The translations under genes were made by a program, and so were the position numbers. Shown here one piece after another: positions 13,044-24,355 of a stretch of 64,000 bases of DNA. This DNA comes from Eledone cirrhosa (lineage: Eukaryota). Location of the stretch: positions 224,812,001 to 224,876,000 of the forward strand of contig OZ024743.1 of the NCBI GenBank assembly GCA_964016885.1, written 5' to 3'. The notes beneath the pieces are model-generated. The model saw only the letters and a program-made list of their open reading frames with translations, had not been told where the DNA came from and ran no database searches. The stretch's first letter is position 1; each line of letters starts with the position of its first letter.

Positions 13044-13665
13044 AGTTGAATTTACTTTAAGACAAAGTCAACTTGATTCTTAAGTGATGAGTTTGTTTAT
13101 TGACCAACTACTTTTTACAACCAGGTCATTCAGACAGAACCTGGTAGTTAAGACAGGAGTCCATTTATCAACCAATACTCTTTTATGATCTCGTCACCAG
13201 GTTGTTAGAATGCTGCCTGGTGATTAAGTGAGAAGTTCATTTATTGACCAATTCACTTTGCAACCAGATTGTGGAACAGAATGGAACCTGATTATAAAAG
13301 AGAGGAGTGGTTGAATTTTTTTCATATTTACCAATTTGGGATTGATATATTTTATCTTTACAAGAATGTATAATGTATAATAGGTGGATAAGTTGGACTT
13401 AAAATATATGTAGAACCTGACTGAAATATAAGGAAAAGGTTGTGAAAAATATATGTAAACTAAATTATTGATCCTCAACACAACCTCAATAACCAATTAA
13501 GAAAACCACATCTGATTTAGTTGGCATATACATGTAATAAACCTTGTAATTAGCTTTATTGTATGACTAATTTAAATACCAAGAGAAGTAAAATAATAAT
13601 AATAATAATAATAATAACAACAATAAAATTAATGGAAAAGGTTTACTGGTAGTTGTAATATGAGA

Positions 13666-13712
<47 letters not shown>

Positions 13713-14705
13713 TGAACATATATAAATGATGATAGTGCTGATGATGATGATGATAATGATGACAATGATGTTGATAATGATGTTTAGTACCACATAAGTA
13801 TTTTAAAGATGTTGCCATACTATCATTTTGACCTTTTCATTACCATATTTCTCATGTAAGATGCTGCATATGGTACTTTTTTCAAATATTTTTGAAAATA
13901 ATTAAGAATTTGGAGGTATCCAGCAATATAATCAAGTATTATATCTTATTATCAAGTTGATGTTTGCAACATAACTTAACAAAGGTTTTTACATAAAATT
14001 ATCATGGAAAGAATCACTGGACAGATTTTTACCTGAGCAACATGGTTGGATAACATCCATGAGCTTGGCAGGTCACATTTGGGGATCCAGCCAGATCAGT
14101 TGGTGATTGTTGCTTCTGACAGGACTAGCTGGAAGGAATGTTTGATAACTCTGCTCCTATGAGCCTCTCAGGATTAAGTGGGTGAAGAAGGTTTTAGATA
14201 AATATATATACTTTGAAATAGACAGCTTAGTATCATAGGATCAGATGCAATTTCAAATGTGCTGATGTGAAAAATGTTAAATCTAACATGATTTGTTTAA
14301 GAATAATTAGTTCTCAGACTAAAACATTGTGATTTTGAATAATTCTTAATAATTAAAATAAAATACTAGTCAGGTACTGGGGTCTACTTAATTAATTATA
14401 CTCATCCCCTCCTCCAATTATTAAATGAATTAGACGTTAAGTTTGCTTTCTATTGGAAGAAAAAATCAAAACAGTCCTACTTTTATACGTATAGAAATAT
14501 ATCATCATCATCATCATTTCATTTTACGTCCGCTTTTTCCCTGCTTGCAAGGGTGGGACGGGAACTGATTTTGGCTTGATTTCTACAGCTGGATGCCCTT
14601 CCTAACACCAACCTCATTTACAGTGAGTGCTGGGTGCTTTTTTGCCGTGGCACCTCCACGACCACTTTGCAGTGGAATGATATGGACCCCAGTCCCTATC
14701 ATCTC

Positions 14706-14769
<64 letters not shown>

Positions 14770-14809
14770 AGAGTAAAACAAAGAAGCCTTCAATACATCA
14801 AAAGTCTTT

Positions 14810-14854
14810 ATTAGCCGACAATGTTTCGTCCTATTAAGGACTCATCAGGACAAT
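14810..14854 (-). ncRNA. Inverted copy of the PLE hammerhead ribozyme
   Basis: Reverse complement of attagccgacaatgtttcgtcctattaaggactcatcaggacaat; core intact. Confidence 0.85.
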
Positions 14855-15115
14855 TAAAACAACAAGAAGTAATATCGGCAGATACAAGCCGGAAGCTCCG
14901 AAGAATATGGGGTGTACATACACTAAAGTATTGCAAAAATTTTTCGGCCCTGTTTAACTACATTGAGCTATACCTTTTACTGTCATTTCTATAATACGAA
15001 GAGGGTGCTTAACTCCAACACGCTCCAGTATTTTAACCCTTGTCACTGCTCCCGATCGGTTGAGCTTCCTCATATATACTGGTATTTTGGCCTTTATATA
15101 TATATATCTGACAGT

Positions 15116-17791
15116 ATGCTAACAAAGAGTTACCTGCCTTTATCTCTGAAGAATATTCCCACCCCCTCTAAGAATACTTACGAAAAACTATTGATAGCTA
15201 GTGTTAACTCCTTTGTAAAAAGGATTAGATGGCGTGCTTTCCACTATGATAATAATAAGAATAGGAAGGACCCCAGGAATAGAACTAATTTTAATAACTA
15301 CGGCTTCAAAACTCATAAGAGCCCACCACACAATATTCTGTTAGATAGTTTTGAAAGTGACTTACTCTCTCTTGTCAAAAATATTAGGTATAGGCCAAAT
15401 AATAGACATAGAAATTATAATAATTTTGATAAGTTCCAGTCTAGACTTAAAAATATTGTTAAGGGTTTCGGTGAGAATAAGTCCATTCTTGTCCCGGCAG
15501 ATAAGACTAAGAATCTATACTCCATGGATTATAGTGCTTACCGCGACTTTATTTATAAGGAGCTGCATAGAAACTATAAAAAAACTACGCTTGAGAATTT
15601 GAACCACATCAATAGTGAGGGCCTTAGAATTGTCTCTGACCTCGGCCTCGATAAGTATACCCAGCCATATTACCCTCGAGAACCGAGATTCACTCTTAAG
15701 GATCATAAGGTTGATTTTATTAGTAACCCCTCTGTTAGACTCATCTGTCCTTCTAAGTCTGATATAGCCATTATCAGTAAAAAAATCCTTGACCTTATTA
15801 TACCAGATGTTAGGGATAAGGTTAATTTTAACCTATGGGGGAACACTAAGGAAGTTATAGATTGGTTCTCCGGGATTAATAGACTTGAATCTAATAAGTT
15901 TATCCAATTCGATATTGATGCCTACTACACATCAATTTCACCCATCCTCCTCAATAAAGCTTTAATGTTGGCCATGAGAGTGTCCAGCCTTACACGATCA
16001 CAGGTAGATATTATACTAGCAGCCCGTAAAACTATTATTAAATTTGAGGACACATTTTGGACCCGTAAAAACACGCCCAATAATTTCGACGTTACAATGG
16101 GTTCGAGTGATTCGGCCCAAGTTGGGTTGTTCCTCCTTAATGAACTATATGCTACCTTCCCGCACCTTATAGGCGGACTATATCGTGATGATGCATTGTT
16201 TGTAATTAACTCTAGCACCAACAATGTAGAACATAATAAGAAGAAGCTTTATAAGTTTTTTAAAAGCTATAACCTTTCGATCACGATAGATAGAAATGAT
16301 AGAGCGGTTAACTTTTTAGATGTGACTTTGGACTTGGTCACTAATAGTTTTAAACCCTTCCATAAGCCTAATGAAATACTTTCTTATGTTAGTCCCAATT
16401 ATAACCACCCCAAGTCTATGATAAGCTCTATAATTAAGGGTGTATCTAATAGGATTTCCACACTCTCTAAGGACGTAGGAACATTTAATGAACATGCGGA
16501 GTACTATAATAATGCTCTAGCAAATTCAGGTTACTCTAGTAAAATACACTATAATAATAGTAACCTTAGAAAGTCTCCGTCTACTTTTAATAATAATAAC
16601 ATAATATCACATAACATGGCCATGAATGGGAGTAGCAAACATAGTAACCGTAAAAATTATATAGGTGTATCTGAACCCATCCATAAGTTAACCCACCGGA
16701 CTCGTAATAGTGAATATAATACCTCTAGGAAACAAGTTGAACCCCCTGAGCGCTCACACATTGGTGATAATTTTGCTGGATCTTATTCTAATAATGTTGC
16801 TCCTACTGATCCTATCATTGGCCCTAATCCTTATGATGGGATTCCGGACAGCAGCAGATCTACTGGAGGTAGAAACTGTAATAGACTTAATGAAATTTTG
16901 GCTGATTCTATGAATGCGGCTTTAACTAATCCTTGTAGTAACCCTAGTCTCGATGGTGGGATATTTGATAATGGTAGAGTCGGTAAGAATAAAAATAGAA
17001 GGCGATTAAATACTTATTTTAACCCGCCATATAATCAGGAAGTATCAACTAATATCCCGAGGTCTTTCTTCTCTATCTTAGAGAAAAATTTCCCCCCTTC
17101 TCATAAATGCCATAGTATTTTTAATAAAAATGTTATTAAACTTTCATTCTCTACCACCCCTAATATTAGTTCTCATTTAGCTAGCACTAACAATAGGAAA
17201 ATTAGGGATGGATTCTCCTCTCTACATACTACTAGTCTGAACAGATCTGGCAATGCATTACCACCAGAACAGTCCTTATCTAATAGAAATCCTACGTGTA
17301 ATGCATCACCACTTGAGTCAACCAATAACACCCGGAAGTGCAATTGTAGAGTGAGTGCTAACTGCCCTTTAAACGGTAACTGCCTTTCTAAGAACATTGT
17401 CTATGCTTGCGAAGTTATAACTAATTCCTCTAATAGAACTTATATAGGCTCTACATCTAACACTTTTAAGACTAGGTTTAACTCTCATATCTCTAATTTC
17501 AAGCATGTTAAGTTTAAGAATTCTACTTCTTTAGCACATTATATCTGGGATCTTAAGGGAGCTAATATACCATATAGCCTTAACTGGCGTTTAGTAGCAC
17601 GCTCTAACCACCTTTCTACACATACTAAGTTTTGTAATCTCTGTATCCTCGAGACACACTCTATAATCTTCTCTAACGCATCTTTACTTAATAGAAAGTC
17701 TGAGATATTCTCTTCTTGCCCCCACGCTATTTCTAATTCATACTTTTATTATAAACCTAAATGTTCTAGTAGTACAAATTGTACCCATTAG
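15116..17791 (+). CDS. PLE reverse transcriptase + GIY-YIG endonuclease
   Basis: Motifs SLKNIP, RIRWRA, ADKT, FDIDAYY, FDVTMGS, LYRDD, FLDVTLD, a CxCx5Cx5C linker (CNCRVSANCPLNGNC), NIVY...TYIGST...FKTRFNSH and CNLC..E..LLNRKSE..CPH. First ATG in the conserved frame is at 15116. Confidence 0.92.
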   Translation: MLTKSYLPLSLKNIPTPSKNTYEKLLIASVNSFVKRIRWRAFHYDNNKNRKDPRNRTNFNNYGFKTHKSPPHNILLDSFESDLLSLVKNIRYRPNNRHRNYNNFDKFQSRLKNIVKGFGENKSILVPADKTKNLYSMDYSAYRDFIYKELHRNYKKTTLENLNHINSEGLRIVSDLGLDKYTQPYYPREPRFTLKDHKVDFISNPSVRLICPSKSDIAIISKKILDLIIPDVRDKVNFNLWGNTKEVIDWFSGINRLESNKFIQFDIDAYYTSISPILLNKALMLAMRVSSLTRSQVDIILAARKTIIKFEDTFWTRKNTPNNFDVTMGSSDSAQVGLFLLNELYATFPHLIGGLYRDDALFVINSSTNNVEHNKKKLYKFFKSYNLSITIDRNDRAVNFLDVTLDLVTNSFKPFHKPNEILSYVSPNYNHPKSMISSIIKGVSNRISTLSKDVGTFNEHAEYYNNALANSGYSSKIHYNNSNLRKSPSTFNNNNIISHNMAMNGSSKHSNRKNYIGVSEPIHKLTHRTRNSEYNTSRKQVEPPERSHIGDNFAGSYSNNVAPTDPIIGPNPYDGIPDSSRSTGGRNCNRLNEILADSMNAALTNPCSNPSLDGGIFDNGRVGKNKNRRRLNTYFNPPYNQEVSTNIPRSFFSILEKNFPPSHKCHSIFNKNVIKLSFSTTPNISSHLASTNNRKIRDGFSSLHTTSLNRSGNALPPEQSLSNRNPTCNASPLESTNNTRKCNCRVSANCPLNGNCLSKNIVYACEVITNSSNRTYIGSTSNTFKTRFNSHISNFKHVKFKNSTSLAHYIWDLKGANIPYSLNWRLVARSNHLSTHTKFCNLCILETHSIIFSNASLLNRKSEIFSSCPHAISNSYFYYKPKCSSSTNCTH

Positions 17792-19535
17792 CTGATATAT
17801 TCCATTATTTATTTTTTAGTTTAGGTTCTTTTGTTTGCCAACATTATTATTATCATCATTATTATCATTGGTTTTTGATGACTCTTTATTCTAGCTCTCA
17901 TAATCTTTTGGCTACTGTACCATATCTATCTTCTTACGCATTAAATTTTCACTATTACACCTTATGAATGTATATAAGATTATATATTTTACGCTATTTA
18001 TTTATTTTATTCTTATTTTTATTCGGATTCTTCTTTGGACCCCCCCCTTCCCCCCAAGGCGCACATAAACTTATTGTCAACCCCTCCAAATTGACTATGA
18101 TTATATTTAACCCCCCCTCTTTTAAGCTCCTTTCTATTATGTAATATAGTATATCGACTATATTTTATGCCCCTTTGCATCCTCCATATATTTCTTCATT
18201 TCTGTCCCTATTAGACTACCTTAATTCTGCTTAAGTCAGTTCTTTAGATATCGTTATGTATATGATAGTAAAAAAATTTCATTCCTTTTTTGTAAACATT
18301 TGTAACGAAATATTAACGTTTATAAACTTTAATGACTTAAACTATAGCTAATATTATACTGTCTTATTGGATAGTTTAAATATTTTTAATATTAATTTAT
18401 CAAATAGGGTTTTCGAGTCATTTACAGGGGTTGTTTCCTTAGTTTTTACTTAACTACTTAACTGCATGTGAGACCTAAATGTATACGTTTGTTTTTGTTT
18501 TTTAATTTCCGGTTGATTCTATTTATTTATTTTATTCTATATTTTATATTTTATATTTTATTTGTAATACTACTGTGCATTATATTTACTGTCTGGCATT
18601 TACTCACTCATCCATATACATGTCTGTCTACCAACCTTGTAATTATAAGTAATTATATATTATATTATGTTAATTTATTTTATATAATATATTATATTAT
18701 ATTGTATCTTTTATTGTAATATTGATCCTTATTACTTATCGTTAATTATATGTAACATTATGATATGTTAAACTTTATATATCATGTAAGATGTTTGTAC
18801 TTTTGTACCATCAAAATTTTTTTGGGGTATTGTACAATTTATTTATTTTTCCTCACCTACTCTGTAACCCAGTATGAATTGATTTGTTAACTTGAGTACC
18901 TTTATATTGTTTATTATAAATGTTAGTATATTATTATTATATTATTATTGTGACATCTATATTGTTTGTGTAAATTAATCGGAGATTATCTATTCTATTA
19001 TATTGTATTATATAGTATATAATTGTATTATTTATTATTTATATGTGCTACTTATAATTATATCATATTATTACCTCATGTATATTGGGTAGATGTATTA
19101 GTATTATTATTATTTTCATCCCTATCATGCTTATTTTTATATTCAAACTCTTAATAAGGTTTAATTTGTGCAGTTGAAGATGGATGTGTGTATTGTTGTA
19201 TGTGTATGTGTGTGTACGTGTGCGCACATATATACATATGCATATTGTACCTTTTGATTTTTATTGTAATTTTAATGTTGGTAAAGGTATATTATATTAT
19301 ATTATATTACATTGTATTATATATAATTCCTGCTCTATATAACCACCTTTGTTTAGCTCTAGGTTTTTTTTGCTTTGGACTATATTTGTAATATGGTTCT
19401 TAATGTTATATACATCCTTAGTAATTTTTATTATATATTTTTATTATACATTTTTGCAATACTTTAGTGTATGTACACTCCATATTCTTCGGAGCTTCCG
19501 GCTTGTATCTGCCGATATTACTTCTTGTCGTTTTA

Positions 19536-19580
19536 ATTGCCCTGATGAGTCCTTAATAGGACGAAACATTGTCGGCTAAT
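19536..19580 (+). ncRNA. Minimal type I hammerhead ribozyme in the PLE pLTR
   Basis: attgcc-CTGATGA-GTCC-ttaata-GGAC-GAAAC-att-GTC-ggctaat: intact core, stem II, and a GUC cleavage triplet at 19571-19573. Confidence 0.9.
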
Positions 19581-21891
19581 AAAGACTTTTGATGTATTGA
19601 AGGCTTCTTTGTTTTACTCTCTTAATTTTTCGGCTCTGTTTAACTACATTGAGCTATACCTTTTACTGTCATTTCTATAATACGAAGAGGGTGTTTAACT
19701 CCAACACGCTCCAGTATTTTAACCCTTATATATATATATGTATGTATGTATGTATGCATAGCTGTATTGGCTATTGCCTTTCCCTTGAACAACAGTGGTA
19801 GTGTGGAGTAGAGAGATTGGCATGCATGGGTGACTGCTGGTCTTCCCCAAAACAACCTTGCTTGGACTTGTATCTCGGAAGAAAACTTTCTAGATACAAA
19901 TCCCATGGCCATTAATGACTGAAAGGGGTCTTTACCCTTTTATATACTTATATAATTGCTATCAAAATATAACCATCATCATTTAATGTTCATTTACCTT
20001 CGTAGCAAGGTTTGGATGGGTTGTAGAAATGAACAAATCTTTGGTACAGAGAAAAACCAGTTTGAAAATAGCTCCCAAATGTTTGCTCATTAAAGAGTTA
20101 CTACAACTAAATACTGTATAACATTTCATTGTTATTACCATAGGTGATACCAGTTTCAACACTCAATGCTTTTACATGAACTGGATATTCAGTATTAAAA
20201 GTGTGGATTAATATCGACATCCATTTGTTATCGGCATAATAAACAAAATGTTTATATTAAGAAAGAGAAATTGAAGTTCAGTTCAACTTGGTGCTGGACA
20301 TTTGAGGATACAAATATATTGAATTAAAACTTTGATATCTCTTAATATGTATGTATATATGTATTTACACTGTTGACAGTACTTCTTTATTTACTCCCCA
20401 TATCATTGTTATATAGAGTTAATATAAGATGGGTGTTGTTAGAATTCAATGCTTTAAGTGAGAAGATATTCATTTTTCATTCATGTATGGAAGAAATAAT
20501 AAGAATGAAAGCTAAAAGCTTTTTCCATAAAATGATGCTTATTTTTACAGAATTTTTACAGAATTTTTACAGAATTTTTACAGAATTTTTACAGAATTTT
20601 TTGTTATAAAAGAATATAAACAAATCTGAAAACAAAATATAAACCCCAGAATATATATTGAGCATTGAAACCACCACAAGTGTAAATTTATAAGTGGTTT
20701 GAATTCAAACAATTTTTTCTGTTCAGAATATTGGAAAACTTTTCTATTGATAAAAAAAAAAATGAAAACACAGAAAAAATCAACAACATAATTTCTGTAT
20801 TTTTTTTTTTCAAGGTAATGAGAAATATTCTATTTCTAAACTACATTTTAGGAAATCTGACTGTGCACAAAAATAAACATTTACTGAGATCTAACCAAAA
20901 AATAGTTCTTGCCTTGGTTTTATAGATTTTCATTTATTTTTAGAAATTTTTTTATAGGTTGAGTTCAGTGAATTTCAAGGTGATGCATATTTTGATGTAA
21001 TTTATCATGTAACAGTGCTCTTAGTGATTTAACTTATATATATCTAGTATGCACCACCTTTCCCTCCATCCCCTCTTTCATACACCTCTCATATCCTAAC
21101 ATCCCACCCATGTGCTAACACTCCACTCTCCATCACGAAGATGGTTCAAAACAAAACAAAACAATCGATATGTTCTTCCTAATCATTCGTTTGTTTTGTT
21201 TTGAACCATCTTCATTTTAACATTTGAAAAGAGGGTATTACCTCTGAAATATCATGTTGAAATATATTGGGTAAAAAGATTACTTTGTTTCATTTTATTT
21301 GTCATCATTTGTCCTTTATATATATCTACTACATTGTAATGGCTTTCTGTCAGTTATTTATAACATCAGTCATTTATTACATATCTTACAATGTTTCATA
21401 TTAACTATACTACATTACAAATTTGTATAATTAACTTAAATATTAACAATTTGCTGTGGTTGTTAATGATTATCTCCATTACCTATTACCATTTAACCCA
21501 TGCTAGCGTGGAGGATGGACGTTAAACGATGATGATGATCATGATTACTCTATATATACTATTGTATTTTCACAGTAAAGGCTTTACTTCACATAATTAT
21601 CTCACATAATATCGAATCTATGAGATTTTGATGTTATTTATTTTGAGAACAATACCTTAACATCAGTATGAGCAGCTAGTTACAGTCAGTTTGAACAGAA
21701 AGAGGTGAGAGAATTATGGTTGGATATGGCCGGTTTAAATGCTAAAGGGTTAAGAGCTTGCAAGTGAGACTGACAGGTCAATAGTCAACCACTCATCAGC
21801 ATTATAATAATAATGTTATTGATGATGATGGTGTGGTGATGATGGTGGTGGTGGTGATGATGGTGGTGGCGATGATGATGATGATGATGAG

Positions 21892-21922
<31 letters not shown>

Positions 21923-22116
21923 AAGATAGTGGTAAAGATGATGGCGATGATGAGGTGTAAATGGTGTTGAAGTAGAAACTTACATTGCTGAAAACATGAT
22001 AAATAATATAAATAACAGAAATAACATGGTGTTGCCCCAGTATGGCCACAACTCAATAGTAAAACAGTAGCAATACTAACTACAGTAATGATGATAATCA
22101 TATCTAAATCATTGTA

Positions 22117-22840
22117 ATTAACCCTTTCATTACCATATTTCTAATGGAAGACACTGCCTATGATTTTCAAAATAATCAATTTTGAAAATAATAATTTGAA
22201 AGGATTTATCAATATAACTAACCTTCTCATTATTAAGCTGGTGTTTGGAATATAACTTAATAAAGATTCTTACATATATATGTGTGTATATTTTGAACAA
22301 TGAACATAAAACAAAAGTCAAAGATAGATTCTTAATTAGTTCATTGTTTTATGATCGTTTCAGAGGGTTGATTGATCATGGTAGATCAATATATCGACTA
22401 GGTAGTCATTATGTTTCTGAGGAAGATGATGCAATAGATCAGGGATTTCAAGACTAGAAATAGGTAGGGACATAACCACTTCCTATTAGTCAATATATCG
22501 ATCTACCCTATCTTCAACTTATATTTTATTTTCATTGTTCAATACACACACATATATATAAATGACTCTGTAGCTTGAGTGGAATCTTCGAGGGAACTTT
22601 ATGCGATGAGTGCCTACAACAAAAACTATAGCACTCACAGCCTAATCTTACTGAAACCATCTCTTCAAGGCCACATTGAGTTCTAACAACGTTATTGGCT
22701 CCACCATCAACAGGTGAAACCAGTAAAGATTCTTACATAAAATTATGATAGGTTTTCAGGTATATAAACACTTTAAAATAATTAGTTTTGTAATATAGAA
22801 ACAGGAGCTGTTTCATGTGGTTTGGTAACAAAAAGGTTAA
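22117..22840. mobile_element. piggyBac-type MITE (second family) interrupted by a 447-bp insertion
   Basis: ttaacccttt...aaaaggttaa ends. The insert at 22277-22723 is flanked by the 16-bp duplication taaagattcttacata. Related MITEs lie at about 13830-14280, 27412-27650, 37300-37560, 47933-48163, 58346-58510 and 60354-60517. Confidence 0.75.
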
Positions 22841-22951
22841 ATGAATCTTGTATTGGATATTGAGGCTGAAGAGATATTTCTGCCATGCTTTTAATTCTGA
22901 TAAAAAAAGCTAAAGAAAATTGAGGATAATAGAAAAGAAGTAGTAACTCAC

Positions 22952-23067
22952 ATGACTGATACTTATACAGCAGTAGACAGCAAAAGCTGAAGCAATAGCT
23001 TCATCAAATGCAGTAAAACAAGGGCCTGTTTTCTTGTTACATAACTGGGCCACACCAATCACACAAC
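22952..23067 (-). CDS. PDE2: PDE2-like exon (GAF-B end, [39 protein letters not shown])
   Basis: tcatag/gtgagt, phase 1/0. Contains the NK..F..DE GAF signature and resembles PDE2A [37 protein letters not shown]. Confidence 0.96.
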
Positions 23068-23817
23068 CTATGAAATACAAGAAGACCATTAGCACTGATT
23101 ATACAGAAACAACAAACTTAAGACATGAAAATGGAAAAAAAAAAATTCAAATTATTTAGCAATATCTTATTTTTTTTTGTATTGTGTGGCCTGGTAAGTC
23201 CTGATATACTCGTAGGGACACTGTATTGACATATAGTGTTTCTTGGGCATTTTAAACCTGGCAGAGCCCATCCCTCTCCAGGCCTGAGTATAGCAAATTT
23301 CTACCAGAGAGAGGAAGAAACGATCCCAGTACTAGACTGGCACATTTTTTTTTATTCACCTTGAAAGGATGAAAGGTAAAGTTGACCTCGGCAGGATTTG
23401 AACTCTGAGAGCTGGAACAAATACCATAAAGCATTCTCTTCGACATTCTAATGACTCTGCCAATTTGTTGCCATATTTATTTTATTACAATTAACTATTC
23501 ATTGTCTTCATTTTACATCCAATTTCCATGCTGGCATGGGTTGGATGGGTCATCAAAGACTGAGTCAAAATGGTTTGAAGTAATCACATCTAGTTTACAT
23601 TCCATATTTTGGTATGGTTTTCTAACATCAAATTTCTTTACGGAGAGAACGGGATGCATTTTATCATAACATCAGCATTACTTACTTTAAAGAGTGCACT
23701 GGATGCATTTTATCATAACATCAGCACTATCATTTTATAATTAATTATTTTTACAGTTGTTTTAAGTTTGATGGAGCCACAAGGATTTGCATAAGTGGAC
23801 ACTTGCATGTGTGTATA

Positions 23818-23917
<100 letters not shown>

Positions 23918-24184
23918 TGTGTATCAGTAAGCAATTTCAACACTCAGTCTAAGCCTGAGTAGCCCAACTGTCAAATCTGTCTATGTGGAAGGGCCATGTC
24001 CATGGCTATTTTATGGAACTCCTGTTAGAAGGAAGAAAGAAAGACTTCCTTAGTATCCATGATCCAAATGCTGGCAACAAAATAGACTCCACACGAAGCA
24101 TTCAAGTGCAAGTTATAATAGATTAAATCTATGAACAGGAAATTATTACATAGGAAATCAGTGAATACAATTGTTTATAATTAC

Positions 24185-24219
24185 CTTTTTCATCTTGAAT
24201 TGGAAAGCAAAGAATATTT
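24185..24219 (-). CDS. PDE2: PDE2-like micro-exon (NILCFPIQDEK)
   Basis: tttcag/gtaatt, 35 nt, phase 2/1. Resembles PDE2A NILCFPIKNE. Confidence 0.93.
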
Positions 24220-24322
24220 CTGAAATTAAATTTAAAAACAAGATTGAGATTCTAATAAGATTTAGTCTTAAGCAATATTGTATATATATTTTTAGCAGAC
24301 CTTATTAAGTACACTTTATAAG

Positions 24323-24355
<33 letters not shown>

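Larger units (their letters stand above)
14767..19727 (+). mobile_element. Penelope-like element (PLE), Naiad-like, with inverted 5' pseudo-LTR and direct 3' repeat, inserted in (TA)n
   Basis: 14767-14940 is the reverse complement of about 19450-19623, and about 14938-15041 is directly repeated at about 19625-19727. It contains one long RT + GIY-YIG ORF and a hammerhead in the pLTR. Confidence 0.93.

Noticed and set aside
14963-15115. N-terminal extension of the 942-aa PLE ORF
   Set aside because: It starts at a non-ATG codon inside the pLTR repeat. The conserved protein begins near the ATG at 15116.
17330-19620. Selenocysteine recoding or SECIS in the PLE
   Set aside because: The ORF has no in-frame TGA, the zinc-finger Cys residues are standard codons, and no SECIS was recognisable by eye.
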